IMG/VR virus record: IMGVR_UViG_3300044971_004534
Reading direction: 5' to 3' (one strand)
DNA length: 64,000 bases
Origin: a virus
A model generated the notes under the pieces. It did not search any database, was not told the DNA's origin, and saw only the letters and a program-made list of their open reading frames with translations. The position numbers were made by a program, and so were the translations under genes. Of the stretch, positions 34,994 to 44,760 are shown in pieces; the stretch's first letter is position 1, and each line of letters starts with the position of its first letter.

Positions 34994-35872
34994 ATGAGAA
35001 AACAATTTGTAAAATCAATGAAAGAAATACTGTATGGAAATGATAAGTCCATACTTTTGCTTGGAGACATAGGCGTATTTGGTTTTAGAGAAGAGCTCAA
35101 AAATATACCAGACCGAGCATACAATATAGGCATACTTGAGCAGGCAACCGTTAGTTTAGCCGCTGGAATGGCTCGTGGAGGATTGATACCCTTCATACAC
35201 ACTATAGCTCCATTTATGGTTGAAAGAGCTTTAGAACAAATTAAGGTAGACTTTGGTTATCAAGAATTGAACGGCAATTTGATCAGTGTGGGTGCTTCTT
35301 ATGATTATGCTGGATTAGGATGCACTCATCATTGCCCAGGAGACATTCAAGCTCTTATGAGTATACCAAATATTAATATATTTGTGCCAGGGTCTTCTCA
35401 AGAGTTTGACATTTTATTGAAGCATTTTTACTTACAATCTATACCTAAATACTTTAGGTTAAGTGAGCATGAAAATCAGCAAACATATCACTGCAGTCCA
35501 GGAAGTGCTACCGTGTTGAAAAATGGAACATTAGCGACAATAGTAGTTTATGGTCCGATGTGTGACAGCGTTTTAAAGGCATGCGAAAATATTGATGTGT
35601 GTATATTGTACTATAATTCCATTTTGCCTTTTGATGGCAGTACACTTGTAAATAACTTTAATGAAACAATCATAGTGTGCGAGCCTTTTTATTGTGGTTC
35701 AACCAATTACCTTATAAATAATGCTCTAAAAAATAAAAAATATAGCATATCTAACATAGGAGTTCCGCGCCATTTCCTTCATAATTATGGCGATAAAAAG
35801 CAGCACGATCAACATTTAATGCTTGATGTAGAAGGTATAAGAAAGAGAGTAGAAGAATGCTTGAAATTATAA
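34994..35872 (+). CDS. transketolase, C-terminal (pyrimidine-binding) subunit
   Basis: YNIGILEQATVSLAAGMARGGLIPFIHTIAPFMVERALEQI. ATG 34994 follows the upstream TAA. Confidence 0.8.
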   Translation: MRKQFVKSMKEILYGNDKSILLLGDIGVFGFREELKNIPDRAYNIGILEQATVSLAAGMARGGLIPFIHTIAPFMVERALEQIKVDFGYQELNGNLISVGASYDYAGLGCTHHCPGDIQALMSIPNINIFVPGSSQEFDILLKHFYLQSIPKYFRLSEHENQQTYHCSPGSATVLKNGTLATIVVYGPMCDSVLKACENIDVCILYYNSILPFDGSTLVNNFNETIIVCEPFYCGSTNYLINNALKNKKYSISNIGVPRHFLHNYGDKKQHDQHLMLDVEGIRKRVEECLKL

Positions 35873-36894
35873 ATGAAGAATGCTCTAAAATAGTAGAGAA
35901 AATAGATTTTTCAAAGTTAAGAGGAAAAAGAATACTAATAACTGGGGCTTCAGGTATTGTCGGTGTGTATATGCTTTCGTGCCTTCAGGAGGTAAAAAAG
36001 AAATACAACATAGATATTTTTTGCTGGGTTAATAATGATATTGAATCAGTTTTCCAGCCTTTGTTCAAAGACTGTGCAATCATAAAGGGAGACATTTGTG
36101 ATGACAAATTGCTAGATGCTGTTTTTTCAGATTTATGTGAAAACCATTTAAGTGGATTTGATTTGATTATACACGCTGCTGGTTATGCTCAGCCTAACAA
36201 ATTTTTAGAAAACAAGGTCAAAACTATACAGCTAAATACAACTTCAACAGTGAAGTTATTTAACATGCTTAACAAGGGTGGATCTTTTGTTTTTATGAGC
36301 ACAAGTGAGCTGTACAGTGGAATAGATCATGACAACATATCTGAAGCTGACATAGGAACTTCCTCTACAAACCATCCCAGATCTTGCTATATAGAGGGGA
36401 AGAGATGCGGAGAAGCTATATGTCATGCATTTTGCAATGAAGATGCAAAAGTAAAAATTATTAGATTAAGTTTAGCGTATGGTCCTGGAACAAAGAAAAA
36501 TGATCAAAGAGTTTTGAATTCTCTTTTTCAAAAAGCATTTGAAAATGGTAAAATTAATTTGCTTGATAGTGGATCTTCAATGAGAACATATGGATACATA
36601 TCTGATATTATAGAAATGATATGGAATATATCTCTCTTTGGTAAAGAGATTGTGTATAACGTTGCAGGCGAATCAAGAACGACAATCTTAGATTTGGCAA
36701 AACAAATTGCTGGTCTTACAAATGTAGAGTTAACAGCTCCGCAAGATGATGCATCTCAGTTGGCTGGTGTGCCAAAAAATGTTAATTTAAGTTTGCAAAG
36801 ATACTGCAGTGAATTTAGTAAGCCAAATTTTGTATCTTTAGAGGATGGACTCAAAAAGACCATGGAGTGGCAGAGAGGAATTTATGTCAAATAA
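35857..36894 (+). CDS. NAD-dependent sugar epimerase/dehydratase (extended SDR)
   Basis: ILITGASGIVGVY glycine-rich loop and YIEGK catalytic YxxxK. Confidence 0.8.
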   Translation: MLEIINEECSKIVEKIDFSKLRGKRILITGASGIVGVYMLSCLQEVKKKYNIDIFCWVNNDIESVFQPLFKDCAIIKGDICDDKLLDAVFSDLCENHLSGFDLIIHAAGYAQPNKFLENKVKTIQLNTTSTVKLFNMLNKGGSFVFMSTSELYSGIDHDNISEADIGTSSTNHPRSCYIEGKRCGEAICHAFCNEDAKVKIIRLSLAYGPGTKKNDQRVLNSLFQKAFENGKINLLDSGSSMRTYGYISDIIEMIWNISLFGKEIVYNVAGESRTTILDLAKQIAGLTNVELTAPQDDASQLAGVPKNVNLSLQRYCSEFSKPNFVSLEDGLKKTMEWQRGIYVK

Positions 36895-37801
36895 GATAAC
36901 CGCAGAGGACATATCAAACATACTTGGGTTTGAGATCTCAGAACTCACAGCCAAAATGGTTGAGAATTTTGATTTACAATATGAAAATCTCACAGAAAAA
37001 GAAATGGATGACTACCTCATTAGGGTTACGGATGTTCTTACTGGAGATATAGTAAAAAGCGGATCTCATCGTATAGATGACTGGGAAAAAGGTTGGGGAG
37101 AAAATCTTGAGCTATACAGGAAGACTCGTGATATAAATGCACTTATACCAAAGTATCACTGTAAGAATAGGTTTGTTAGATGGATGGGCAATATAGTTAA
37201 TCCTATTACTCCGGCATTTGACTACAAGATACACATATGCTTTATAGACGCTATATTGCATCATTATCTAAAAGATGGCTACGGGAGTGTATATGAGTTT
37301 GGCTGCGGTCCTGGCTATCACCTTTTGAGGCTTCGGGAATCTCGTCCAGATTTGAATCTTACAGGCCTAGACTGGGCTACTTCCTCTCAGGAATTGATTG
37401 CCGAGATAAGCAAGTCTCTGTCAAAACCAATAGGGGCTCACAGGCTTGATTTCTTTAAGCCAGACTATAGTTTTGACATAGATCCAAATAGTATTGCGTA
37501 TACAGTTGCTGCTCTTGAGCAAACAGGAAGTAACTATGTTAAGTTCGTTGATTACTTACTTGACAAAAAGCCAAGCCTGTGCATCAATATGGAGCCTATT
37601 GCAGAATTGCTAGATGATTCTAGTCTGATAGACAATCTTTCTATAAAATACTTCAGAAAAAGAAATTATCTGCATGAGTATTTGATACATCTTGAATGGC
37701 TTGAAAGCATTGGCAAGATAAAGATTATAGATAAGAGAAGAATTTGGAGCGGAAGCTACTTTATAGAGGGTCACTCTCTCGTAGTGTGGAAGCCTCTTTA
37801 A
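36884..37801 (+). CDS. class I SAM-dependent methyltransferase
   Basis: VYEFGCGPGYHLLRL motif I and LTGLDWA motif II. GAGAGGAA upstream of ATG 36884. Confidence 0.6.
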   Translation: MSNKITAEDISNILGFEISELTAKMVENFDLQYENLTEKEMDDYLIRVTDVLTGDIVKSGSHRIDDWEKGWGENLELYRKTRDINALIPKYHCKNRFVRWMGNIVNPITPAFDYKIHICFIDAILHHYLKDGYGSVYEFGCGPGYHLLRLRESRPDLNLTGLDWATSSQELIAEISKSLSKPIGAHRLDFFKPDYSFDIDPNSIAYTVAALEQTGSNYVKFVDYLLDKKPSLCINMEPIAELLDDSSLIDNLSIKYFRKRNYLHEYLIHLEWLESIGKIKIIDKRRIWSGSYFIEGHSLVVWKPL

Positions 37802-38701
37802 TTAGCTGCCCAATATATCATTCATAATAATTTTTATTGGATTATAATGATTGAGATATAAATCTTTTGAATGATCAAGACTATAGTCTTTAAGTGATTT
37901 ATTGCTGTTAATAATTTGTTTAATGCGTTCTATTTCTCTGCCGTCGTACTCTATGTATTCGCAAGCGTTCGGATAGAACTTTTCTATATCTCTATGGCCG
38001 TTGTAAATTGGAATGGTGTTACACAAAACTGCATCAATAAATTTTTCACTTATATTACCACTTATTGAAGAATTTTCTAAACATATTGTATATTTATAGT
38101 CAATGATGCCGTGCATTTTATTTGCGAGTGGACCCTTGTATCTTTGATCATTTAAGTTCCAAGATCTACCATACATATCAAAATCTATATCTGAGTTTAA
38201 TAGTTTTGTAACAAGATCTTTTCTTTTGTTATAGTTTGTAAATGATCTTGAATCATATGGAGCATTAGAAACTATAATAGACAACTGTTTACTTTTTTCA
38301 ATAGGCTTTTTAATAACTTCTCTAGTCGTTCCTGGAACGCAATTAATTTCTCCACTTCCATCTGGATTCGCATTATATAGCCTATGTGTTCCTAGCAAGG
38401 GAGACCATATTGTTCTACCGCTTTGATATTTTTCTGGCTGATACGTCACTATCTTTTTACAGTAGTTGAGCATATTTTTATCAAAATTTTCAGACCAATA
38501 TGGCTCTATTACAATTCCATACGTGCATTCTTGATTAATTCTATATCTGCTGTTGTCAACAGAATTTAATATAACCAAGTGCGTATAATCGTCTTGGTAG
38601 GTTAAATTGTCACTGTATAATCCATCTATATTCCATATGTCATTAATAAAGGCATATATATTATAATCACTATTCCAGTATGCTACAAATTTTATCTTCA
38701 T
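37802..38701 (-). CDS. GT10-like glycosyltransferase (divergent)
   Basis: YKYTICLENSSISGNISEKFIDAVLCNTIPIYNG. Confidence 0.55.
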   Translation of the reverse strand: MKIKFVAYWNSDYNIYAFINDIWNIDGLYSDNLTYQDDYTHLVILNSVDNSRYRINQECTYGIVIEPYWSENFDKNMLNYCKKIVTYQPEKYQSGRTIWSPLLGTHRLYNANPDGSGEINCVPGTTREVIKKPIEKSKQLSIIVSNAPYDSRSFTNYNKRKDLVTKLLNSDIDFDMYGRSWNLNDQRYKGPLANKMHGIIDYKYTICLENSSISGNISEKFIDAVLCNTIPIYNGHRDIEKFYPNACEYIEYDGREIERIKQIINSNKSLKDYSLDHSKDLYLNHYNPIKIIMNDILGS

Positions 38702-38705
38702 TTTA

Positions 38706-39338
38706 TTAAGGCTTACCTTGTATTTCGCTTTGATATTTACCGTTTTGAGAACCTTGTGTTATGAATCCAGGCTCATACCAGTAGACTGTTGTATTTAGTT
38801 TAATAAATCTGTAATTTAAATCCCAATCTATGGGTAAATATGCTCTCGTTTCTTTCATGTCTTCATATATCTTTCTTGCAGCTAATGGGTGTATCATCAT
38901 GCTGTCTGTGCATTTAGATTTTAGTCTGTTATTGTTCTTTACAAATCCTTGTCCATCAACCTTTAAGCCACAGCATGTTCCAAAAAAGCAAAACTCCCAG
39001 TCTTCAGGTATTGAATTAAAATTGTGGACAAAATTATCAAGTTCTGATGGATTGAATATTACGTCATCTTCTAGAATCATTGCAGGCTCTCCGCTATCTG
39101 CTATCTTTTTAAAAGTTCTAAATTGCTTATGTATTAGAGACCTGTTGCCATTATTGATTTCTACTTTAGGAAAATCTTCTGGTAGTATATTTTTTTCTTC
39201 CATCGTAGAAAAATGTATTTCACTATGTTCAAACATAACTATTTCAAGATCTTCAACAAAATTACATTGCATAATTAATTCAATCACATTGTTCAATCTC
39301 TCTTTAAAACCCTTGCGGTGCATCAAATATACCTTCAT
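38706..39338 (-). CDS. GT25-like glycosyltransferase (divergent)
   Basis: MILEDDVIF block and overall length and pattern like the other two GT25 genes. Sits upstream of a GT10-like gene, as at 45539/44757. Confidence 0.5.
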   Translation of the reverse strand: MKVYLMHRKGFKERLNNVIELIMQCNFVEDLEIVMFEHSEIHFSTMEEKNILPEDFPKVEINNGNRSLIHKQFRTFKKIADSGEPAMILEDDVIFNPSELDNFVHNFNSIPEDWEFCFFGTCCGLKVDGQGFVKNNNRLKSKCTDSMMIHPLAARKIYEDMKETRAYLPIDWDLNYRFIKLNTTVYWYEPGFITQGSQNGKYQSEIQGKP

Positions 39339-39459
39339 ATGCTTGCCTCCTTAAGTGCATAATTTATAATACAATTTTTTATCATATAACATTAGTTAAT
39401 AATTGATAATTTTATTATTTATCGATAAATATGACGAAATAGTTGTACAAGAGAGTTTT

Positions 39460-40293
39460 ATGATCCTATCTATATTGGTTCCAGGCAAAAATGATAATTT
39501 TAGATATAATGGTTCAAAAACCATAGAGTTTAACATACATCAAACATTAGATAATATAGAAAAATCTAAGATAAAAGACGTAGAGCTTGTGTTGTGCGAT
39601 TGGGGCAGTGAAGTAAAAATTATTGATAAAATATCAAACAAAAGAAAAAATTTTAAATGCGTATATGTACCTCCAGATATAGCAAAAAAATATAATGGAC
39701 AAGCTAATTACTCTATAGTGCATCCCATCAATACAGCTTTTAGAAATAGCTCTGGAAAATATGTATGTTTTTGGGATTCTGATTGTTTTGTTTTACTAGA
39801 TAGTTTTTTAAAGTTATATGAATTTGTTCAGCAAATGGAATCTACCCAAGATATGCATTTTTATTGGGGTTCTAGATTTAATATCCCGTATGAACAGTAT
39901 AACGAAATGCAGTCGCATAGTGAATTAGTTGCAAAAATAAAAAGTGGAATACAGGTTTATCATGACAAGATAGCTGGCGGTGGTAAATTTATGGGGGCTT
40001 CAATATCTTTACTTATGAATAGGCATCTCTGGGAAGACAGTACGGGTTGGTATGAAAATTTGCCTTATTGGGGCTGGCAAGACATTGAATTTCATCATCG
40101 TTTGATGAAAAGATATAGCTATGGTGGAGATCTAGAGGATTGGGGTATGCAATTTTTCCATCTTTTACAGCCAGCAAAAAATGATGGAAACAAAAATAAA
40201 CACTTAATGAATCCATCAATAAACGCAACTTTTTTTAGAGCTAATCCGCCAAGTTGGGGTTTAGCAAATGAGAAATTGGAGATAATAGAATGA
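39460..40293 (+). CDS. GT2-like glycosyltransferase
   Basis: LSILVPGKND, LVLCDWGS and WDSDCF blocks. GAGAG upstream of ATG 39460. Confidence 0.5.
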   Translation: MILSILVPGKNDNFRYNGSKTIEFNIHQTLDNIEKSKIKDVELVLCDWGSEVKIIDKISNKRKNFKCVYVPPDIAKKYNGQANYSIVHPINTAFRNSSGKYVCFWDSDCFVLLDSFLKLYEFVQQMESTQDMHFYWGSRFNIPYEQYNEMQSHSELVAKIKSGIQVYHDKIAGGGKFMGASISLLMNRHLWEDSTGWYENLPYWGWQDIEFHHRLMKRYSYGGDLEDWGMQFFHLLQPAKNDGNKNKHLMNPSINATFFRANPPSWGLANEKLEIIE

Positions 40294-41195
40294 ATACTTT
40301 AATTACAGGCGGCAGAGGTCTTTTGGGCAGTGCATTTAATTTTGGACATAAGCCTTCTAAGGAAGAACTGAACTGTTTGCAATATGATAATTTAAGAAGC
40401 TATATAAAAAATAATAGCATAGACTCTATTGTGCACGCAGCAGCAAGAGTAGGTGGGGTAAAAGCAAATACGGATTTCGTTTACGATTTTTTTGCTGATA
40501 ATATTTCTATGAGCGTTAATGTAATGAACGCGTGTAGAGAATTTGAAATAAAGAGGGCAATTTTTATTGTTTCCACATGCGCATTTCCAGTGAGTGCCCC
40601 TTTACCCCTTGCTGAATCGTCTTTGCATTGTGGAGAGCCACATCATACTAATTTCGGATATGCATATGCAAAGAGGATGCTTGAGGTTGGTTCAAGAGCG
40701 CTCAGACAACAGTATGGAATAAACAGTTCATGTGTAATACCATGCAATTTATATGGTGAGCATGACAGTTATAATTTACAGAGTGGGCACGTTATTCCTA
40801 GTCTTGTGCATAAATGTTGGATAGCCAAAAATACCAACTCAACACTTGAAATATGGGGAAGTGGTAAGGCGGAAAGAGAATTTATATATGTAAACGATTT
40901 TGCTAGCATTATAGACAAGCTTATAAATGAAAAACCATATATCCCAGAAACAATGATCATATCTCCAGGAATTACTTATACTATTGAGGAAATAGTTCAT
41001 CATATAGTAAAAATATTTAAATTTGAAGGTAAAGTTTTCTTTGATAAGAGTAAGCCAGAGGGAATAATGAAGAAAAATTCTAATAACTCTATTTTTAGAA
41101 AATATTTTGAAGACTTCAAGTTTACAGATTTAGATACAGGTCTTTCTAATTCTATAGAATATTTTGTAAAAAACTATGATACATTGAGAAAGTAA
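40290..41195 (+). CDS. fcl: GDP-L-fucose synthase (GDP-4-keto-6-deoxymannose 3,5-epimerase/4-reductase)
   Basis: LITGGRGLLGSA, HAAARVGGVKAN, STCAFP and NFGYAYAKRM (YxxxK), in the order typical of Fcl/GMER. Confidence 0.8.
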   Translation: MNTLITGGRGLLGSAFNFGHKPSKEELNCLQYDNLRSYIKNNSIDSIVHAAARVGGVKANTDFVYDFFADNISMSVNVMNACREFEIKRAIFIVSTCAFPVSAPLPLAESSLHCGEPHHTNFGYAYAKRMLEVGSRALRQQYGINSSCVIPCNLYGEHDSYNLQSGHVIPSLVHKCWIAKNTNSTLEIWGSGKAEREFIYVNDFASIIDKLINEKPYIPETMIISPGITYTIEEIVHHIVKIFKFEGKVFFDKSKPEGIMKKNSNNSIFRKYFEDFKFTDLDTGLSNSIEYFVKNYDTLRK

Positions 41196-41201
41196 AATTT
41201 A

Positions 41202-42143
41202 ATGAAAACTCTTGTAACGGGTGGTGCTGGATTTATTGGTTCTAACTTAGTTGATGCATTAATCAAAAATGGCCATGAAGTCACAGTTATAGATAATGAA
41301 TCATCTGATGCTCATGATCATTTTTATTGGAATTCAGAAGCAAAAAATTACAAGTATGATATAAACGACTACGAATCAGTTCTGAGACTATACGAAGGTG
41401 TCGATACTGTTTTTCACTTGGCAGCAGAAGCTCGAATTCAGCCATGCATAGTCGATCCATTGAAGGCAGTAAAGGCAAATATGCTTGGCACAGCGACGGT
41501 GCTTCAGTGCTCTCGTGTATGTGGAGTAAGGCGTGTTATATACTCTTCTACCTCATCAGCATATGGTCTCAGTAACACCCCACCTCTTGTTGAAACGATG
41601 CCAAATGACTGTCTTAACCCCTATTCAGTCACCAAAACAGGTGGAGAAGAGTTGTGTAAAATGTACTCTAAACTTTACGGTTTAGAAACAATCATTTTTA
41701 GATATTTTAATGTGTATGGTGAGCGTCAGCCATTGCGTGGGCAGTATGCTCCGGTCATAGGGATATTTCTTCGTCAAAGATCTGCTGGTCAACCAATGAC
41801 GATTGTAGGGGATGGGGAGCAACGGCGAGATTTTACGCATGTCAGTGACGTAGTAGAGGCAAATATTCATGCTCTATCTTTTGTTGCTCCAGAATACAAT
41901 GTCATCGAAAAAGGCTCTTGTAAAACTTATACTGGATGGGAATGGGGTCAAGTATATAACATAGGTACTGGGAAAAATCATTCTATTAATGAAATAGCTT
42001 CACTTATGGGTGGACCTATATCTCACATTCCGCCGCGCCTTGGTGAATCCAGGATAACTTTAGCAGATTCAGGTAAGGCCCTAGCGCAATTGGGATGGAA
42101 GCCAAAAGTACGCCTTGAAGATTGGATACTCAAAAATAGATAA
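41202..42143 (+). CDS. NAD-dependent nucleotide-sugar 4-epimerase/dehydratase (extended SDR)
   Basis: LVTGGAGFIGSNLVDAL and YSVTKTGGE. Confidence 0.8.
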   Translation: MKTLVTGGAGFIGSNLVDALIKNGHEVTVIDNESSDAHDHFYWNSEAKNYKYDINDYESVLRLYEGVDTVFHLAAEARIQPCIVDPLKAVKANMLGTATVLQCSRVCGVRRVIYSSTSSAYGLSNTPPLVETMPNDCLNPYSVTKTGGEELCKMYSKLYGLETIIFRYFNVYGERQPLRGQYAPVIGIFLRQRSAGQPMTIVGDGEQRRDFTHVSDVVEANIHALSFVAPEYNVIEKGSCKTYTGWEWGQVYNIGTGKNHSINEIASLMGGPISHIPPRLGESRITLADSGKALAQLGWKPKVRLEDWILKNR

Positions 42144-42152
42144 AGAGAAAAA

Positions 42153-42872
42153 ATGACACATATACCCACACAGCCTCCAGAATGGTATGAGCATCCGCAG
42201 ATCAAATACATGAAAAATATTGATCGAAATCTTTCCAGTATAGATCAATTTTATGCAGTAAAATCTTTTGACTGGTCTGGAGAAAGAGTGCAAGTAGATT
42301 TGTTTTGCGAATTATTAAAAACTATAAAAAGTGACGTACCAAGTATGATTGAACTTGGAAGTGCTGGTGTTGGAGGCTCTTTTTATTCTGTTTTATTTGA
42401 AAAATGGTTTGATAAAAAGTGTATGATTATTAATGTAGATCCAAGAAAAGAAATGTTAGAAGAAGTAAAAACTTATTGGAAAGATTTGCATTTAACGCAA
42501 GCAAAATTTTATCATGGATATGTGGGTGTTCCAAAGCACTACCAAGCTTTGCCAGACTTTAAGACTGATCAAACGCCATTTTTGAAAATAAATAATATGT
42601 TTGAAGAAAATAAAATAACCAAGTTAGACATACTTCATGCCGACATTCAAGGATCAGAGATCTCGGTATGCGAAGAGATGAAGTCTGATGGACTACTTGA
42701 TAGGGTTAGGTATTTTTTTATAAGCACTCATTCAGGAGAGGGCATAAACACATACTATCCTTGTATGGATATTTTTTCTTCAAGCTTAAATTGTAAATTT
42801 CACTTTTCTGATCCATTGAATGGTGGATGGGGTGATGGCTTAATAGTTGTTGAAAATTTGTCATGGGAGTAA
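42153..42872 (+). CDS. FkbM-family methyltransferase-like protein
   Basis: IELGSAGVGGS and ILHADIQGSEISV blocks. Confidence 0.55.
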   Translation: MTHIPTQPPEWYEHPQIKYMKNIDRNLSSIDQFYAVKSFDWSGERVQVDLFCELLKTIKSDVPSMIELGSAGVGGSFYSVLFEKWFDKKCMIINVDPRKEMLEEVKTYWKDLHLTQAKFYHGYVGVPKHYQALPDFKTDQTPFLKINNMFEENKITKLDILHADIQGSEISVCEEMKSDGLLDRVRYFFISTHSGEGINTYYPCMDIFSSSLNCKFHFSDPLNGGWGDGLIVVENLSWE

Positions 42873-42875
42873 AGA

Positions 42876-43484
42876 ATGAAAAAAGAAACTTTAGATTTAT
42901 GGTATAAAAATAATGACGTTCATGATTTTCTACATGTTCATGATTTGTCTCGTGAAAGTTTGATAGTCGATATCGGCAGCTACAAGGGTAGTTGGCTTCA
43001 CCATATGAATAAACTCTATGGCTGTAAGTGCATAGGAGTAGAACCTGTCACTGATTATTTTAAAGAATCTTTAAAATTAGAATTTAACAACAAATGTGAA
43101 ATTCATGATTTTGGTTTAACAGTAGATGCTTCTGATAAGGTAAGAATGTCTTTTGACGAAGATGCATCTTCTATGGTAAAAGAGATTGATTTGAAGAAAA
43201 GCGTTGTTGTTAACACTGTAAATGCAAAAGAGTTTTTTCAAAGAATTCAAGAGCCAATAGACGTTTTACAAATCAATGCAGAAGGGCTAGAGTATTCTCT
43301 TATCCCATACATGCATGAAAATAATCTATTTGCTCCCGTAAAATTTGTGCAAATTCAGTTTCATGACATAAGTCCCGATTGTCAAAGATCCATGTATGCT
43401 TGTATAGATTTGGTAGAAAAAAGTGGATTTAATACGAAGTTTGAATATCCATTTGTTTGGTATGGTGCAGAAAGGAAGAAGTGA
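42876..43484 (+). CDS. FkbM-family methyltransferase-like protein
   Basis: VDIGSYKGSW and VLQINAEGLEYSLI blocks. Confidence 0.55.
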   Translation: MKKETLDLWYKNNDVHDFLHVHDLSRESLIVDIGSYKGSWLHHMNKLYGCKCIGVEPVTDYFKESLKLEFNNKCEIHDFGLTVDASDKVRMSFDEDASSMVKEIDLKKSVVVNTVNAKEFFQRIQEPIDVLQINAEGLEYSLIPYMHENNLFAPVKFVQIQFHDISPDCQRSMYACIDLVEKSGFNTKFEYPFVWYGAERKK

Positions 43485-43984
43485 TGCAATCTTATTCTCA
43501 ATCTGGTCAAGACGGTTATGCTTTAGAAAAATCTGGCGGTAAAACAAACGGTTTTTATATAGAAATAGGAGCTCATCATCCAATTGAAAATAGTAATTCT
43601 TTGATGCTTGAGAGACTTGGATGGAATGGTATAAGCTTTGAAATATCAGATATTTCAGCTTCTTGGGAAGCTCATAGAAAAAATAAAATTATTATATGTG
43701 ATGCAACAGATTATGATTTTGTGAGCTGTTTTTTATCTAATAATGTTCCACAAGAAATAGATTATTTATCTTTAGATATTGACGGAGCAACTTTAGATTG
43801 TTTAAAAAAACTACCTTTACACTCTTATGTTTTTAAAGCAATAACTATAGAGCACGACGAATATCATAGAGGTAGTGATGTCAAAAACGCAATGAGAGAA
43901 ATACTTAACTCACACGGATATGTTTTAGATAGGCCTGATGTTGCAAATAATGGATTTGTGTATGAAGACTGGTGGATTCATTAA
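43484..43984 (+). CDS. FkbM-family methyltransferase-like protein
   Basis: SQSGQDGY, YIEIGAHHP and YLSLDIDGATLDCL blocks. TGATG overlap with the upstream gene. Confidence 0.55.
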   Translation: MQSYSQSGQDGYALEKSGGKTNGFYIEIGAHHPIENSNSLMLERLGWNGISFEISDISASWEAHRKNKIIICDATDYDFVSCFLSNNVPQEIDYLSLDIDGATLDCLKKLPLHSYVFKAITIEHDEYHRGSDVKNAMREILNSHGYVLDRPDVANNGFVYEDWWIH

Positions 43985-44760
43985 ACTCTAATCCATCTTG
44001 ATGGACATAAGTCTTTAGTGCATTCATCATGGTTGGGATGTACATCTCTGTGTGGCCATCTGTTGCCAAACCAGTTTTGTGGATAAAATACCTTTTCAGC
44101 TCTTCCTAGCCATGATGCCCACCAGCTAAAACTACTATTTGCCATTATGACATTTTTGCATTTTGACATTAGATACATAGAGGGTAGTGGGGGAAGATCG
44201 ACCATGGTGTAATCTCTTCCGCTAAAAACGTTTCTACACCATCCTAGATCATCAGAAAATACCAAGACTCTACCTATTTCTCCCATTTTTGACAAGCACA
44301 TATCGTAATGGTCTAGTCCGTATTGAGGGTATACGTCTGGATATTTTAAATAGTCTGTTCTTCTTATATGTATTGCGGTATTTAAATTACCATCCAAAAA
44401 ACATTTATATTTACCATCATAAAGCTTTTTCGTAGCCTCTACAGTATTTGTGTCAAATGAAAAGCATCTTCTGACTTCATCTTCTGCAGATAAAAAGTAT
44501 TTTTCTGATTGAAAATATCCGTCTAAATGCGTATTGTCTGCAAGACTTTCAATGCCACTATCATAATTAAATCTTCTCTCCACAAAAGACTTAGAACATC
44601 TTTTTTGTATTTTAGAAACGCCCTTGAGCTTTAACCCATGTAAGTGGCTATCATCTCCTACATAATATGGCTGTACTCCAAGTCTTTTTGCAACTGCTAT
44701 TGCAGTTGCAATTTGGAACATATTGTTACCCGTTCTCCCGTAAAGTTCTACTGTTATCAT
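43981..44760 (-). CDS. GT11 alpha-1,2-fucosyltransferase
   Basis: ELYGRTGNNMFQIATAIAVA (G..GNQMFQ motif) and AIHIRRTDYL (HxRRxD motif). Confidence 0.8.
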   Translation of the reverse strand: MITVELYGRTGNNMFQIATAIAVAKRLGVQPYYVGDDSHLHGLKLKGVSKIQKRCSKSFVERRFNYDSGIESLADNTHLDGYFQSEKYFLSAEDEVRRCFSFDTNTVEATKKLYDGKYKCFLDGNLNTAIHIRRTDYLKYPDVYPQYGLDHYDMCLSKMGEIGRVLVFSDDLGWCRNVFSGRDYTMVDLPPLPSMYLMSKCKNVIMANSSFSWWASWLGRAEKVFYPQNWFGNRWPHRDVHPNHDECTKDLCPSRWIRV

